Notes: generated by a model from the sequence alone, not told the origin. 64,000 nt of DNA from Adineta vaga (GCA_021613535.1 CP075492.1:16058001-16122000); one strand, 5' to 3'; shown: positions 13,606-26,943, counted from the stretch's first letter. Program-made: numbers and translations.

Positions 13606-14265
13606 TTACTCGAAATATGTCATTACAGAAATAATCATATAAAATTTATGATATTGTAATATTGTCGTGGCAATTTTAATCGTTGATAAAAATTTTTGTT
13701 CATATCCACTACTAAAAAATAATATTATTAATAGACCGTTTAAAATCATCAACACTAATTCTATAAGCATTAAACTGTTCAATCGAGGAACTTGTCCTCG
13801 AGTTTGTTTACGAAGTTGAATATATTGATAGAAAGTAAATAGAAAGATAAGCATAAAAGCAATATGATTCATTCCTGAATGTCCATTTCTATAATGCAAA
13901 TGATCGAAAATACCTCCAATAAATACTAAACTTGAAATAACGAAGAAGAGACGTTGAAGTTTTTGTCCATTTTCTCCAATAAATAATGACATTGGATAAC
14001 ATAAAGAAAGACTAATAAATACTCGAATAACTTCATGTGTTCTCCAAACAATTGCTTTCCATTCATCATACATATTCGTATACAAAATATATCCTTCTGT
14101 TATAATTACCAATTCATCCAGAATAAAAGCAGCAAGTAAACGTTGAATGAACAGTTTCAAATAAGAATTTTTTATGGGTTCTAAAGCAATGAGACCAATC
14201 ACCACTGCTTCACATATAATTCTTGTAAAGACCATTTCAGTATTGCAACTTATAACGAACGACAT
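13606..14265 (-). CDS. Uncharacterised multi-pass (6-7 TM) membrane protein
   Basis: 219 aa from the ATG at 14265, intronless, with alternating hydrophobic segments. No family recognised. Confidence 0.7.
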   Translation of the reverse strand: MSFVISCNTEMVFTRIICEAVVIGLIALEPIKNSYLKLFIQRLLAAFILDELVIITEGYILYTNMYDEWKAIVWRTHEVIRVFISLSLCYPMSLFIGENGQKLQRLFFVISSLVFIGGIFDHLHYRNGHSGMNHIAFMLIFLFTFYQYIQLRKQTRGQVPRLNSLMLIELVLMILNGLLIILFFSSGYEQKFLSTIKIATTILQYHKFYMIISVMTYFE

Positions 14266-14842
14266 ATTTGCAAATAGAAAAAAAATATTCGTTTCACAAT
14301 GTGGAAAGCTGTAATGATGTTTTTTCTCTGTATTTTTCATTCCTCTGTATAGTACGATTCATTGTTACTTTTCTTTCCTCGTGATATATAGTATTGACGG
14401 ACAAGCAACAAGACTCTCATTCAAATTTTGCGTTCTTTTAATACGACAGAACGAGAATGTTTTTCTTCTTTCAAAACAGGAACATCGATTCAATCGAGAC
14501 GAGTACTTTAGGTTTTTCTTCGTCTTGTCTGCATCAGAATAGAAAAAAATAAAAACTTTTTCTTGAAGTAAACGCATTTCTATACGTTAGAGCATGGTGT
14601 CGTGATGTGGACGAACTTCGTCCTTATTCGTCTGTTATATCTGACTAAAATAGAGACGTACATATGCATATATGAACGATATCGCCCTAACAGATGGAAT
14701 TCCAGAATTGGATTAAAACGAAATAGGATGACTGCTCTTAGATCTACTATAAGTATAAATTTCGTTTATTTTACTTTATGGAAAGTGTAGTTTGTTCCGC
14801 TTTCCATAGGCTTTCTTAATATTAGTTCATTTCTGGACTAAA

Positions 14843-14935
14843 ATCTTGGAGTGGGTATAGGCTTGAAGTTGTTCAAGAATAAACAGATCGTCAATCATAG
14901 CCACATCTATACCCATTCTCACACCCGCACCCTCA
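14843..14935. repeat. Degenerate telomere-repeat palindrome
   Basis: atcttggagtgggtatagg ... ctatacccattctcacacccgcaccctca. Confidence 0.55.
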
Positions 14936-15050
14936 CAATTGAACCATGTCAAAGAAGCTTATCCAACGACACTTTAAGGTAAGGCAAACGTTTGTTCAAT
15001 AAAAGTACAAAATTACAATATGAAAAGCTGTAATTCTGAATATGTCGTTA

Positions 15051-18000
15051 CTAATGTGTTATCGGTTCTATTCGAGTTGTTTGTCTCTTGAATGATTTAT
15101 ATAATTCAAGCAAAATATGTACGATCACTTTGACTAAAACTACTAATCCACCATAAAGCCCAATAATACTTGTTAGAACATCGATTAAATCACGATGTCG
15201 AAAATACGAGTAATTGCAAGAGAGTGGATAACATTCATTAAAATATCTCTCATAAAATATTGATCTTGACCATTCTTCTACCATCAATTGACTAATCAAA
15301 GATTCAATCGAGGCATTTTGAAGAAAGCGACTCGCAATAGATGAATTCAGAGGATTGAAAGAGATATTTTGTAATTGTATTCGTTGAAAGCATGATGAAT
15401 CGAAGAAACACTGTAACGATGATTTAAGTAGAGCTTCAAGCGGATAACAACCAACGTAGAGTCCACGGATAGTGTCATTTTTGGCTACTATCGCAGGTTG
15501 AATACATGGTGAAGACAAACCACAATCACATGTACCATAGTGAGTCGGCTTTGTTCGAACTGTTGCATCGCCTTGAAGCGTATCATTTGTCATTTTCTTC
15601 CATTGCCAATTTGTTCCACTAAGTGTCATCAACGTATTATCGCTGGTTATGCGACGAACTAAATGAAGTGTGTTTAAAAGTGCATTAGTCATGCTAACTT
15701 GAAATTGACTGATGAACGATTGAATTTGATCATTAAATGTGACTGCTGACAGTATATAAGCATTGCTAAATTCAGTAGCCTTCAATTGCGAGAGTCCATC
15801 ATTAACCGTTTCCTCACTCAATTGACATAACGATGACAGTAGTTGAAAAAAGGCCGATGATGTAGATCGAAAATCTACTAAATCAAATTGAGTAAAATTT
15901 TGATGAGAAAATATAGCTTCGATCCATTGATCAGAAACAAAGGAGCTTCTACACACTTGATGATAGTTAATGACAGAAATATTAATAAATACTTCGTATT
16001 GAATTGAAATTTTCGAGCAAGGACATTGAAGAGTGTTCGAATATTTTTTTAACAAATTTTCACAGCATGAAGACGTTCGAAAAATGAATGATTAATTCTC
16101 AGTTTTCGTATAATTTTGAGTAGAATATTAATGACAATTGTCAAACCCGTTGTTAGTCCATCGAAGACAGAGAGTATGGTAGGGATTAAGAATAGGATAT
16201 CATGACGACGATTATATTCAAATGTACATGTTTGAGGTGAACAGGTTTTGTAATAACTATAAAATGATAGATTTGACGACCATTTGTCAACAAATAATCG
16301 ATTAACAATTGATTCAATTATTTCATCAATTTGATTTTTACTTGAGTTCATTATTGTAAATGAATAATTCCCTAATGCTATATACCGAGCAATTTTATCC
16401 ATACATGCCTGATTATAAAAACATTCGAGTAATGATTCGCGTAAAGCTTGAACAGGAATGCATGATGTGTGAAAATTCGGTATTGTATCAAGTCTTGTAA
16501 AATTATACGGAAATAGATTAAAATCATAAAAGGCCATTAATGTTCCACATGATTTTGATATAGCACAATTAAAAGTTGAATTTGTCCGATCATTGAAATA
16601 AGTTAATGGATGCGGTATAATCTCACCTGTATCACTTAAGTTTAATTTGAAATTGAAATAAGCATTTGCCAATTGATTTCCTTGTTGAGTAGTTCGAATC
16701 AACTGAAAGGTTCTATTGAAGCTTTTAATTGTTTCTAATTGCCAATCTCGAATTAATCCGTTCATTTGTAAGTCAAATATTACCGGTGGAAGTACTTGCG
16801 ACGTTACAATGTTATCTTGAAGAAAAAGTTGAAGAGCATCGTCAATAATTTGTTTAGCTTGTTGACAGAAAACTGCTAACATTTGAAATTGAGCACCGGC
16901 ATTTCCTTTATAATCTAAGTAATAAAAATATTTTCCAGCGCAATCTCTTGATTTGTATACTCGAGCCAAGCAGACGAAACGAAATCACTTGAACAGATTT
17001 GATGATATTCAGGTTCTATTCTAGAAAAATATTTTTTCGAATAGAAATCGATGAGCAAGGACATTCTAAAGTTGATGAATAAATTGATAGAAGATAGTTG
17101 TATTCAGATTGACTGGGTGTTTGAATTGTTTCTCGATGAATTTCACGTGATAGTGACGAATAAAAATTTAATATAATCAGAACTATAATTAAAATCAATA
17201 GATAGATTCGAATGGCTATACGTTGATCAAGCGTTAACCGTTCATTATCAGAATTATCATTAAAAAGATTTAATTCGACAAGATTTTTCTTCAATAGTAG
17301 CATCAGTCGACGTATACGTTCTTTCACTACAATAAATTCATTGAGAAAACAGTTTTGATAGCAATTATAACTTACTAGAAATAGTTTCTGTTACTTCATT
17401 ATTTGGTCGTCATCGAATAAAGTCAACGACTAATGGAACAATAATGGCCAATACTGTACAGAGTCCACCGAGAAGACCAATCAATCTACCAAGGACATAG
17501 AAAAAATCAGGTCGTTCATTGATCGAATAACGACACGTTATTATTGGTGCACATTGAGCATAATATTTTTCAAAAGAGATCATTGATCCCCAATCTTCAA
17601 TCATCAATCGATCTATCATCGATTGAACAGTCGAATTTACATCGAATCGACTTGTTCTCGATGGGATCATTACATTGAATGTTGCATTTGGTGTTTTCGA
17701 ATATTGTAAAATCTTTTTAAGACAAGTTTCATCGAAAAAACATTCAAGTGATGATTGAAGTAATGTATTGACTGGCATTAAACCCATTATAATTCCTGAC
17801 ACATTCATAATTGGCTTATAATCGATCAAAATATATCCTCCTGTATCAATGGCATATTCATTGTAAATACCGGTTGGTTCTTCACAAATTAAGGATTCGA
17901 GACACCAACACCAGGATTGATCACTATGTTGAAATCCATTGATATTTAATTGAACTCGAAAACCAACATCACCTACACGAAGTGATGGGAAAAGACAAGT

Positions 18001-18645
18001 TTCCAGTCCATTGAGTAATTCATTAACGAGAACTATTTGATTGATTAGCTCGACCTGTGTTCGAAATTGATTGGGTGCTGTTCTTTGAAAACGATCGATT
18101 GTTGCTTGAACTTCATATTGAAGAATCAATTGAGAAAGTGCATGAGTATTGATCATTGATGTTGTTTCAAATAACAAAAGACTTTCAGCAACTTTTTCTT
18201 TTGATAATTGACAAAAACTCGTTAATGCTTGAGAAAATGCACTTGCTACAGTACGATAATCACTTGTAAGATAATTTGTTGTAGTATCTCCGAAATAAAA
18301 TGTTTCAATCCAATGATTAGAAACAAAATCACTTGAACACACTTGATGAAATGATGGATTATGAGAAATAAATTCACTGTAAGATAAAGAGCTTTTTGAA
18401 CATGGACATGAGGGATCGAGCAAGGATTCAAATTGAGATTGAGTAGGTTTATCGATAACTATTGTTTTTGTTTCAATTTTCAGTTTCGTTGCAAGACCGA
18501 TGCCGACCAAGACCAATATTAAAATAATCAGATAGACACGAGTAGCAATGAGATTGCTTTGTAGTTGATGATCAGTTACTTCTTCCTCACGTCTGTCAGA
18601 TCGAAATAAATTTAACGTCACAATGTAGTTCTTCACAGAATTCAT
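15051..18645 (-). pseudogene. Disrupted gene for a tandem-module membrane protein (three ~400-aa Cys-rich extracellular modules flanked by TM helices)
   Basis: Each module has 'CPCS', 'HQ[VI]CxSxFVS..W', 'SxLxCF[FY]' and 'YYxxCxPxxCxY' followed by a TM helix. Lesions are an in-frame TGA at 17410-17412 just before a 49-bp intron (17327-17375), two frameshifts near 17020 and 16930, and loss of the start of module 3 near 16055. Confidence 0.8.
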
Positions 18646-19606
18646 TTTAACTTCACTGATCAAATAATGAATACAGAGCGTTTCTTTTATATTCCTCAAT
18701 CAGGAAAAGTAATGTTCTCAAATTTCATATAATTCTTGGAGCCAATAAACAGGTAACGTTTTTCATTTATTTAACGCTTTCATGATTTTTCTCACTTCTC
18801 ATCAGAATAACATCAACCAAAAACGATTTGTTTAAGATTCGTTCGGCAATATATGCGAAAAAGACGCATTTTATAGTGCTAGGTCATGATTTCATGTATA
18901 TCACAGTTCTCTATTTATAATAAAAGAAAAAGAAACTGAAACTGAAGGAATACATGACGCGATTTAATCTTGCTTTTTGATTTCATCAGACAGTTTTGAC
19001 TTTGCTTATAAACTCTGTGTGAATGACGCAAATTAAGTTTCGTCAGTTTAGTGTTGTATTTTATTAAATGATGAAATTATTTTCAGCCAAAGTTAATAAA
19101 TAATGGATTATTGTTTCTCTTCTCTATTTTAGTTTTTATCTTGTGCTACTCCGCTGTCTCCTTTCTAAAAGTGTGCTTAGTTCTCCACAGGACATTGATG
19201 AACGTTTATTTTTAAATAAATAATACGAAACACGTCGACAAATTAAACTCCGCATTTCTTTTATTGATTTTCTACAAGCACACTACTTAGAATACTGTCT
19301 GAAATTTGACTCGATCGACTGTTGAAAAGCAACAGTTGAAACTTGCAGATTGGATTTGTCTATTCTTCATAAGATAGGGCAGTGTGCTTTCAATTGTCTC
19401 ACACTGTCGCTCGTGTAACTACTACTATTATTACATAGAATAAAGTTATTCTTCTTCTTCTATGTCTTTAATAACAATGTGGTTTCAATTGATTTGAATT
19501 TAGATCAATTCTAAAATTTAAATTAGTTTATAGTTAAGCCATTCAACAAGACCTGTAGGTAAAGTCAAAATCATGGTAGCTTATCTCACCTTTGACAGAT
19601 TTAGAG

Positions 19607-19748
19607 AAGTGAAGAACGTCGCTGTCCAGATGTCTATCTATGATTTTCCTCATATTCTTTGGCATATTCAAAAAAGTGAAGAACATCGGTATACAGATGT
19701 CTATCTATGACGTTGCTGATATTCTTTGACAAACTCATGTGAAGAAAA
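19607..19748. repeat. Imperfect ~67-bp tandem direct repeat (2 copies plus a partial third)
   Basis: aagtgaagaac[ga]tcg....cagatgtctatctatga....atattctttg occurs twice. Confidence 0.7.
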
Positions 19749-19813
19749 AAACAATACTTTTCGGTTAAAATTAATTATTTCCACCAAAATCTGAAGACAT
19801 CGATTATATTCGC

Positions 19814-19862
19814 GTGTGGGTGTCGGTGTCGGTGTCGATGAGAATATAGAACCCACACCCAT
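19814..19862. repeat. Telomere-repeat palindrome
   Basis: gtgtgggtgtcggtgtcggtgtcg ... acccacaccca. Confidence 0.6.
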
Positions 19863-20571
19863 CTCCTCGTCTATATCCTACTAAAAGTCCTGCATTTCAT
19901 ACAATTACACATAATAGCTGATATACTTATGTCAATGATAGAAAGCAAAGATGAAAGTCATTCTTGCCGAGTATTAAATTAAAAACTCGAAGATTTCTCA
20001 GACGAAATAAAATAAAAAAATTGTTGAATAATTAATTAAGAGAACATTTGTCTAACGTATTGGGAACTTTTTTGCAATTAGCGAATTTTTCTGAAGACAC
20101 TTACGTTTCAGAGATGTCAACAGACTTTGCTACATGATAAACGAGCGTTCTTCTGTTTTAACGAATTAATCTACTATTTATTAATATATTATGTTTCATG
20201 ATAAAATACAATTAATTGTTACTTCTATTTCATGTTTAAGATTATGACATTTGTATAAATCTCATTGCATTTATGAAGTAATGCGTGCGTTTGTAATAGT
20301 TTTTTATCTTTGAAAAACTCATACAGAAAGGATAAAATTATATAAGTCATCATTATAATGAAGTGATCAAATATCCTAAACTAGTATCGCTATCTTTGTT
20401 TGAACTATTTCTGATGTAGACATATTTTCACAACATTTCTAAGATGATTACAAATTGATAATCCATTTCAATTTATGTGATACTGATTTATTTATTTTAC
20501 CCAAACAAACAACATATAGAAATAGTTCGATCATGAAACAAAACGTGATATTCAAGCTTATAGTTCCTCAT

Positions 20572-21623
20572 TTATGATTGTGGTTCCACTTGGTTAAGAA
20601 TTACTTTTGGCTGTCGCTGCAATTGATTCAGATGATTTCTGAATATCACATAGATCAATTGTCGACGAAATCTTTCCGATACACAAATATAGATGTAAAA
20701 TGAATTCTGAAATGATGCAGCGGAAAATTAAATCGAAATCTTTTTCTAATGAAATTCCTTCGATAGGTACTCACTGCGTAATATCCATAGAAAAGAATTA
20801 AAGTTATAGCAGAACTGAACTGGAGTTGAGCCTTTGTAATTGGAGCATTATTGATATTTGTACTTAAACCAATAACATCCGTAATAGATGATGGTAAAAG
20901 AACAAAAATATTAATCAAAACTTGTACCAAAACCATTGCCGTTAATTGTTTATCTAGTTCTCGTCGAACAAGTGGTACTGTATAGTGAGCACTTCGTCGA
21001 ACATTGTAATAAGCCATTGATCCAAATAAAACTGTAATTGAAACGGGTAAAAAACCCAAGTAAGTGAGATTGGTAATATAAATCCGATATTGTTGGTAGA
21101 TAGAATTTGTTATACCACAACTGACTGTGTTTGTACCAGCTTTTGTAATATGATTATAAAAGACCAATTGTAGAATTCCATGTAAAATCCAAAACAAACT
21201 GAATATAATAATTAGGCCGCGAGCCACTTTGATGCTGCTCAACTGTTGTAAGCGTGGACGAGGAGATGTGGCACAATATTGATCAATTGTAACCAAAGAG
21301 AAACATGTCAATGTAGTCACAGCAAAGATTTGAGTAATGAAAAATCTGAATTTGCAATAGACCAGTGAAAGATCGGTTCCATCACTACCATATATACCGG
21401 TCATAATACGTGACAATACACCAGTAAACAGTTGACAAATATTTGCAATGGACATGATAGTTAAATAGAAGGCACATGAATTTTGTCGAAACGTTCGCAG
21501 ACTAAGAAATACAATTATATTAAGAAGATTGCCAAATACACCAACGACAAGAATTGATATACTACCATAGATAATCAATTGGTTTCCAGCAAATGCTAAT
21601 GACGAGATAATTGACGTCGACAT
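20572..21623 (-). CDS. Class A 7TM GPCR (2 exons; intron 20707-20774)
   Basis: 'GVFGNLLN', 'VYCKFRFF', 'TIDQY'. A 68-bp intron restores 'NSFYIYICVSERFRRQL'. ATG at 21623. Confidence 0.9.
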
Positions 21624-22390
21624 TTTGATTTTACTATATAACTGTTTTGGCCACCGAATGAATCTAAGTAAAAATATGAACGTTTTCCTATCCTTTTTTT
21701 TCTCCAAAAAAAGTGTGTGTTATTCGTAATTAAAAATATCGAGTCCACCCAACTATGATTTAATTTTCAATTCAATAAACGCATGAAATATTTTGTTAAT
21801 ATAGTCAGTGCATCTAGCGAACAAGTAGTAAGAAAAAAATCAAGTTTATCAGGAATGAGCGCACACTCTCGACCGTTAATAATGTTATGCATTAATGAGA
21901 AAAGATAAATTCTTTTTATTTCAGTCTGCATTTATATGAAATGATTTACCTGAATGTGTTTCTATTTGTGAAATGATGCGTATGCAATATATCGTGATTT
22001 TTAACAAATACTCATTTACAGGGCAAAAGTCAGAATTGCATGTTATATTTTTAATTTTATTATGCATCAATCTGTCGACCTAGAAGATCGTTAGAGTACA
22101 TGTGTTAGGAGAATATGACATAAGAGAGTGAAAGAGCAATAAATATCAAAAGAGAAAGAAAAATAGAAGAGAACAGACGAGAGACGGAAAGGATTCTACA
22201 TTCACAAAGAAATAAGTTTATAACCTTCGTTTTGCACTTTAGCGATTTTTCTTTCCTTATATTTTTAACGTACGAAAGAAAACATCGCATTTTCTTACAC
22301 GAAGAAAAAAAACGCACACGAATCATCAAACGTGATCGAATAAAACAAATATTTACCTTACTGAGATTTTTTTTGTAATTACATCTACAC

Positions 22391-23659
22391 TTGGTAAATA
22401 TATGGAATACGAATAACATAGATGTTAAATTGAATATATTTCTTAATCAACATAATTTAACTCAATATATCGAGAAAGTCGAACGACTTCCTGGTGGTTT
22501 GATAAATTTTACATATCGATTATATTTTACGAATGAATTGGAACATATTTCATTAGAGAAATTAAATACTTATGATGATAGTTTTCTTACATTATTTCAT
22601 CAACAAAAGTTAAAATCTGTGATAGCAAAAGTTGCCTATCCTTATATAGCTCATCGAGGACCAGATGCTCCTTTTCCAATTAGTCGTCAGACAAACGAAG
22701 AAAGAGCTCTTCAATTACTGAACAACAATACCAAATTAAATCTTTCGTCCGTTTTTGATCGACATAAAACCTTAAAAATTAGTCGTGCATGGATACATGA
22801 TAAAGAAAATAATATTTTAATTATCGAAGATCAAGGTTTATTACCAACCATGCATGAATGGTTTATTCAAAAAAATAAATTCTTAATTAAATCAAATATT
22901 GATCTTATTCACATATTTGGTGTCCAATTGGCTAATTTCGTTATTGATTTACAAATTTCCTCGACAAATCATATTGAGACTTTGAAACCAATGTTTAATG
23001 TTATCGAAACACTCAATGCTGATTTTCTTGAAATACCTCGTATAATAGAAAATATTCGTAGTAGTTATGATTTACACAATATTGACGATCTTCTACCAGT
23101 TTTTTCTCAATATTATCAACAAGGTATGTCAGATTCAATTGTCGATGGTCAAGTCTTCGCACATGGAGATATCTGGTCATCAAATATTTTAATTAATGAA
23201 GATAATTCGACATTAAGTATTCTGGACTGGGAATGGGCAGGTGTTCGATCACCTGCACATGATCCATGTATATTTCTTTCTCATTCTTATGTTCAAATGT
23301 TAATTACTCCTTCAAATGAAAGTTTGTTATGTTTCATGAATGGATTTGCAGATACTTATAGAGAGAATGCTCAACGACATAAAGTCAGTTGGTATGAAAA
23401 TGAACAAGAAAAATATTTATTTGCATGGACAATAGGTGTTCTTCATGCAACTGATATACTGTTCTGGACGACTTTCCTAACTTGTTGTCCAAATGAAGAG
23501 AAGATGTGTTGTCATAGTCGTTGTCTCGTAACAGAAGCTGTCGAATATGTCAGGAAATGTCGATCGGGTCCAAACAAAACTACTTATGATGCTATGTCAA
23601 ATGATCAACTGTTTGGTAGACTTTTTCAAGATCCTCAATCAATACACTTTGAACAATAA
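22391..23659 (+). CDS. APH/choline-kinase-like phosphotransferase (methylthioribose-kinase-like fold); HGT candidate
   Basis: 'GGLINFTYR' loop, 'IAKVA' Lys, Brenner motif 'HGDIWSSNIL' and 'LDWEWAG'. Intronless. Start codon uncertain (TTG at 22391; out-of-frame ATG at 22402). Confidence 0.85.
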   Translation: MVNIWNTNNIDVKLNIFLNQHNLTQYIEKVERLPGGLINFTYRLYFTNELEHISLEKLNTYDDSFLTLFHQQKLKSVIAKVAYPYIAHRGPDAPFPISRQTNEERALQLLNNNTKLNLSSVFDRHKTLKISRAWIHDKENNILIIEDQGLLPTMHEWFIQKNKFLIKSNIDLIHIFGVQLANFVIDLQISSTNHIETLKPMFNVIETLNADFLEIPRIIENIRSSYDLHNIDDLLPVFSQYYQQGMSDSIVDGQVFAHGDIWSSNILINEDNSTLSILDWEWAGVRSPAHDPCIFLSHSYVQMLITPSNESLLCFMNGFADTYRENAQRHKVSWYENEQEKYLFAWTIGVLHATDILFWTTFLTCCPNEEKMCCHSRCLVTEAVEYVRKCRSGPNKTTYDAMSNDQLFGRLFQDPQSIHFEQ

Positions 23660-24391
23660 CTGAAACGAACATTAGTACTATCGCTATCAATCATTCTAAA
23701 TAGATCACCGGATGCAATTTTTAATGTTGATCACAAATCTAGCATTCTTTGGGTGTGGGTGTAGTTGGTTCTTACTGTATCTCCAAATGTATAGTTATCG
23801 GCTAAAGAAATTATCATCATATCTGTGAGAAAGACTTCTTTGAAGTACGCGGTAGTTCGAGCAAAGTAAGGGAGAAAAGGCGAATCCTTGGATTCTCCTG
23901 GATTATCTCAGACCCTCATACTTAAAAAGATGCGGAGGATCCGCTTTCTTCTCCCATATAATGGATCTGAAGTATTCTCGTCAAACTTGAATATTCCATT
24001 TAGTTTGTTTTTTATAAAAATAGTAGAAAAGAATACTGAAAATTAAAATGGATGTTTGAAATGTTTTCAAAAGTTTTAAAATAAAATTCAGTTTTTTATA
24101 ATCACACTTTTGCTTGATTTCACAATACAAAAATTTCGCAAGAGAATAATCTCAATTAAGAAAGACAAATCAAATTAAAAATATTAATAATGCAAAGAAT
24201 AAACAAATATATGATAATAAAACTCAATTGACAATTTTCATTAGATTATAGAAAGAAAAACAAAACTCGATGTCTTTATATTTATACTTGAAAACCAACC
24301 GAAGATCACGGCTACGACCTAAAAACGTGTATCGATTTTTCATTATTTTATTTTGGGAAAGAAACGCAAACAAATCCATAGAAATTCAAGA

Positions 24392-25410
24392 TTAAGCCAT
24401 TCGACGAATTGAATTTTTGATTGTTAAAATATATCTTATTAATTCTTTTCGAAATGTTGATGACACTAATATATAGATTACAAATGTTAACTAAAATAAA
24501 AATCAAATCATCAAAAGATAATTCAATATCAAGAAATATTTACCGACATATATGTATGAACTAAATAAAGACCTAAATCACTAATAAAACTATTTATTGT
24601 TCGTTGTTCAAGACTTTTACTTATTGAACTTGTTAAATATGAATATAATGGATAACCAGATGAAATACTTGTGAAAATCAAGAAAACAAAACTTTGAATA
24701 ATACTCAAACGAATAAATTGAATATCTTTTATACGTCTTGGTCGAATACAAGGGATTTGATTATTTGTTGATCCATCAATAACACGATTTCGTTGACGAA
24801 CAACTTTCAATAATAATAAACAGAAAATCAACATAATTAAAAATGGAATAATTCCAATACATATAGTATGAATTGTATAAAATAATTGATAATAATCACC
24901 CGACGTTGATGTACATCCACTATTTGAAGTACTTTGATATCCTATTGGACCATGAAGACAAAACAAAATCCAAAAAGTAAAACTTATTTTAAGATACCAT
25001 CGAGCATAACTCGGCGATGTTTTCTCTCGAACTGCTGCTAATCGTGATGTTTTCATTAGACGATCGATGGAAATTAAACATAAAAAATGTCGAGATAAAG
25101 CAAGAAAAAGAATAAATCCATAGGAACGAAATTTACAAAGAAAAGAATTTGTTCCTGCTAAATCATATCCATTACTCCAACCGAGTGTTATTATACGATA
25201 TAAACAATTATATAATAGAAATCCTATTTGACTAAATGATAAACAAATAAAATACCAAGACACTACATTCATACGAAGGTGATTACGAGTAAATATGATT
25301 ATACTAAGACTATTACCAACAATACCAAAGACAAATATAACTGGTAAATAATAAGCAGGTAAAAATAATCGAATAGAATTCAATTGATTTATTAAATTAG
25401 TAGTTGACAT
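24392..25410 (-). CDS. Class A 7TM GPCR, copy 2 (2 exons; intron 24491-24543)
   Basis: Near-identical paralogue of 6175-7208 with the same 53-bp intron. Confidence 0.9.
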
Positions 25411-26460
25411 TACACTATGAACGTCTTTAAATAAAATATGATTTTTCTTTTTGTACTTGTTGGATAAAAAGTGTGTTAATTCAATTAGCCTTGCAAGTTT
25501 TGTTTAGCCCTACAGCAAAATTCTAGAAAAAAGAACTACGAAGATATCTCATTAAGATTACGAGAATGTGATATTTCCTCATGAGAACGATATTAATATA
25601 TGCAAATATTTATTAACTTAATTTTCTAATAATATACAGCTCTGCAACATTGAAGAATCACAGTACAGTTTTCGGTATTTTGCCAATGTAAAATTTGACT
25701 GAATATTTTTTTCTTGTAAATCGTAAGAAAAACTACTTCAATGTTGTGCGATATTCCGTGAAAATAATCAGGTTGACGTTTTTTTGTACTCTTCTTGACT
25801 TTTGACATCAAAACTATTTTGCTCAAGGTAGTTCGAATTGTGTCAATAATCTACACGTGTGATGGAATATATTAAGTGTACAAGTTCTCAGTTTCATATG
25901 TCTTAAGATGAGTGAGATATGAGACAAAAACTCATTTAATCTCGAATATTTAATCAAAAAGAATTTCTAATGGCATATCCTTTTCATAAAATTTTTTTTC
26001 TTTATTCAGCTTTTAAATGAAAAAAATATCTATATGAAACAATCAATGGAAGGAATAATGAAAGCATGACAATATTAGGATTCATCTTTTCTTTGTTCAA
26101 AGGCGAGCCATCGGTTCTGAGAAAATTTAGAAATTCTTGTAGAATTAAAACAAATGTTGATGCTGTTTCGCTGTTATCAAATATCGATTTCAAGATCCAC
26201 AGTTTTTCTTCTTTTCCATCGAATAAAGTCTGTTAAATGATGTTGTATATTATTTATTTTTGTGACTTAACAGTTTTTTGAAGTAGAACCGACGAAAATA
26301 AAATCAAAATAGCATAGTTTAGTAGAGTAATCAATGTTGATATGAATGAAGGATTAATTTTAACACATAACATAGTAATGTCTATAAGCTCTATATTGAA
26401 GAGGAAAACAAAATGACATTGTTTTCATAAAAAAAGTTCGATAGTTCATGATGAACAATT

Positions 26461-26943
26461 TCAATGTTTTTCGTTAAGTTTTCGTTGTATGGAATCTGAA
26501 AAACGATATTGTGGAATAATTTCATTCGGAAGATGTCGAGCACCTTGAATTCTTCCTAAACATTTGTCTTTTTTACACATACACGTAAATGGTTGTTGCA
26601 TATTCCATTCAGTTGATGGATAACAATAAGTTAATTCATCATCAGAGTCGATCTTAGTTAATGCAATTAATTTCAAAGTTTTCGTATCAAAAAAAGCATT
26701 GGGTTGACAACTATGGTTTATATATTGTAAATATTCCGGTTCTAATAATATATGAACATCATCATCTAATTGAACTGTTAAATAATTCGGTTCTTTTAAC
26801 GTTTTTCTACTATTAAATGCAGAAATAATATCTCCTGAATTGAAACTATTGCTTGCATAAAGAGATTTTTGTCCAGTTGTAAGATTTTCCATAACCTTAA
26901 CAGAATCATGCTTACTTATTAAACGATACATCGAATTTGCCAT
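26461..26943 (-). CDS. Small stand-alone SET-domain methyltransferase with post-SET cysteines; HGT candidate
   Basis: 160 aa with 'YINHSCQPN', 'ELTYCY' and 'FTCMCKKDKCLGRI'. No other domains; intronless. Confidence 0.9.
   Translation of the reverse strand: MANSMYRLISKHDSVKVMENLTTGQKSLYASNSFNSGDIISAFNSRKTLKEPNYLTVQLDDDVHILLEPEYLQYINHSCQPNAFFDTKTLKLIALTKIDSDDELTYCYPSTEWNMQQPFTCMCKKDKCLGRIQGARHLPNEIIPQYRFSDSIQRKLNEKH

Noticed and set aside
19607-19748. CRISPR-like repeat-spacer pattern
   Set aside because: Only two degenerate units, no unique spacers, no cas genes, and a eukaryotic context.
23870-23955. Small imperfect inverted repeat (gggagaaaaggcgaatcct / aggatccgctttcttctccc)
   Set aside because: Single copy with no TSD; possibly a MITE relic but unsupported.
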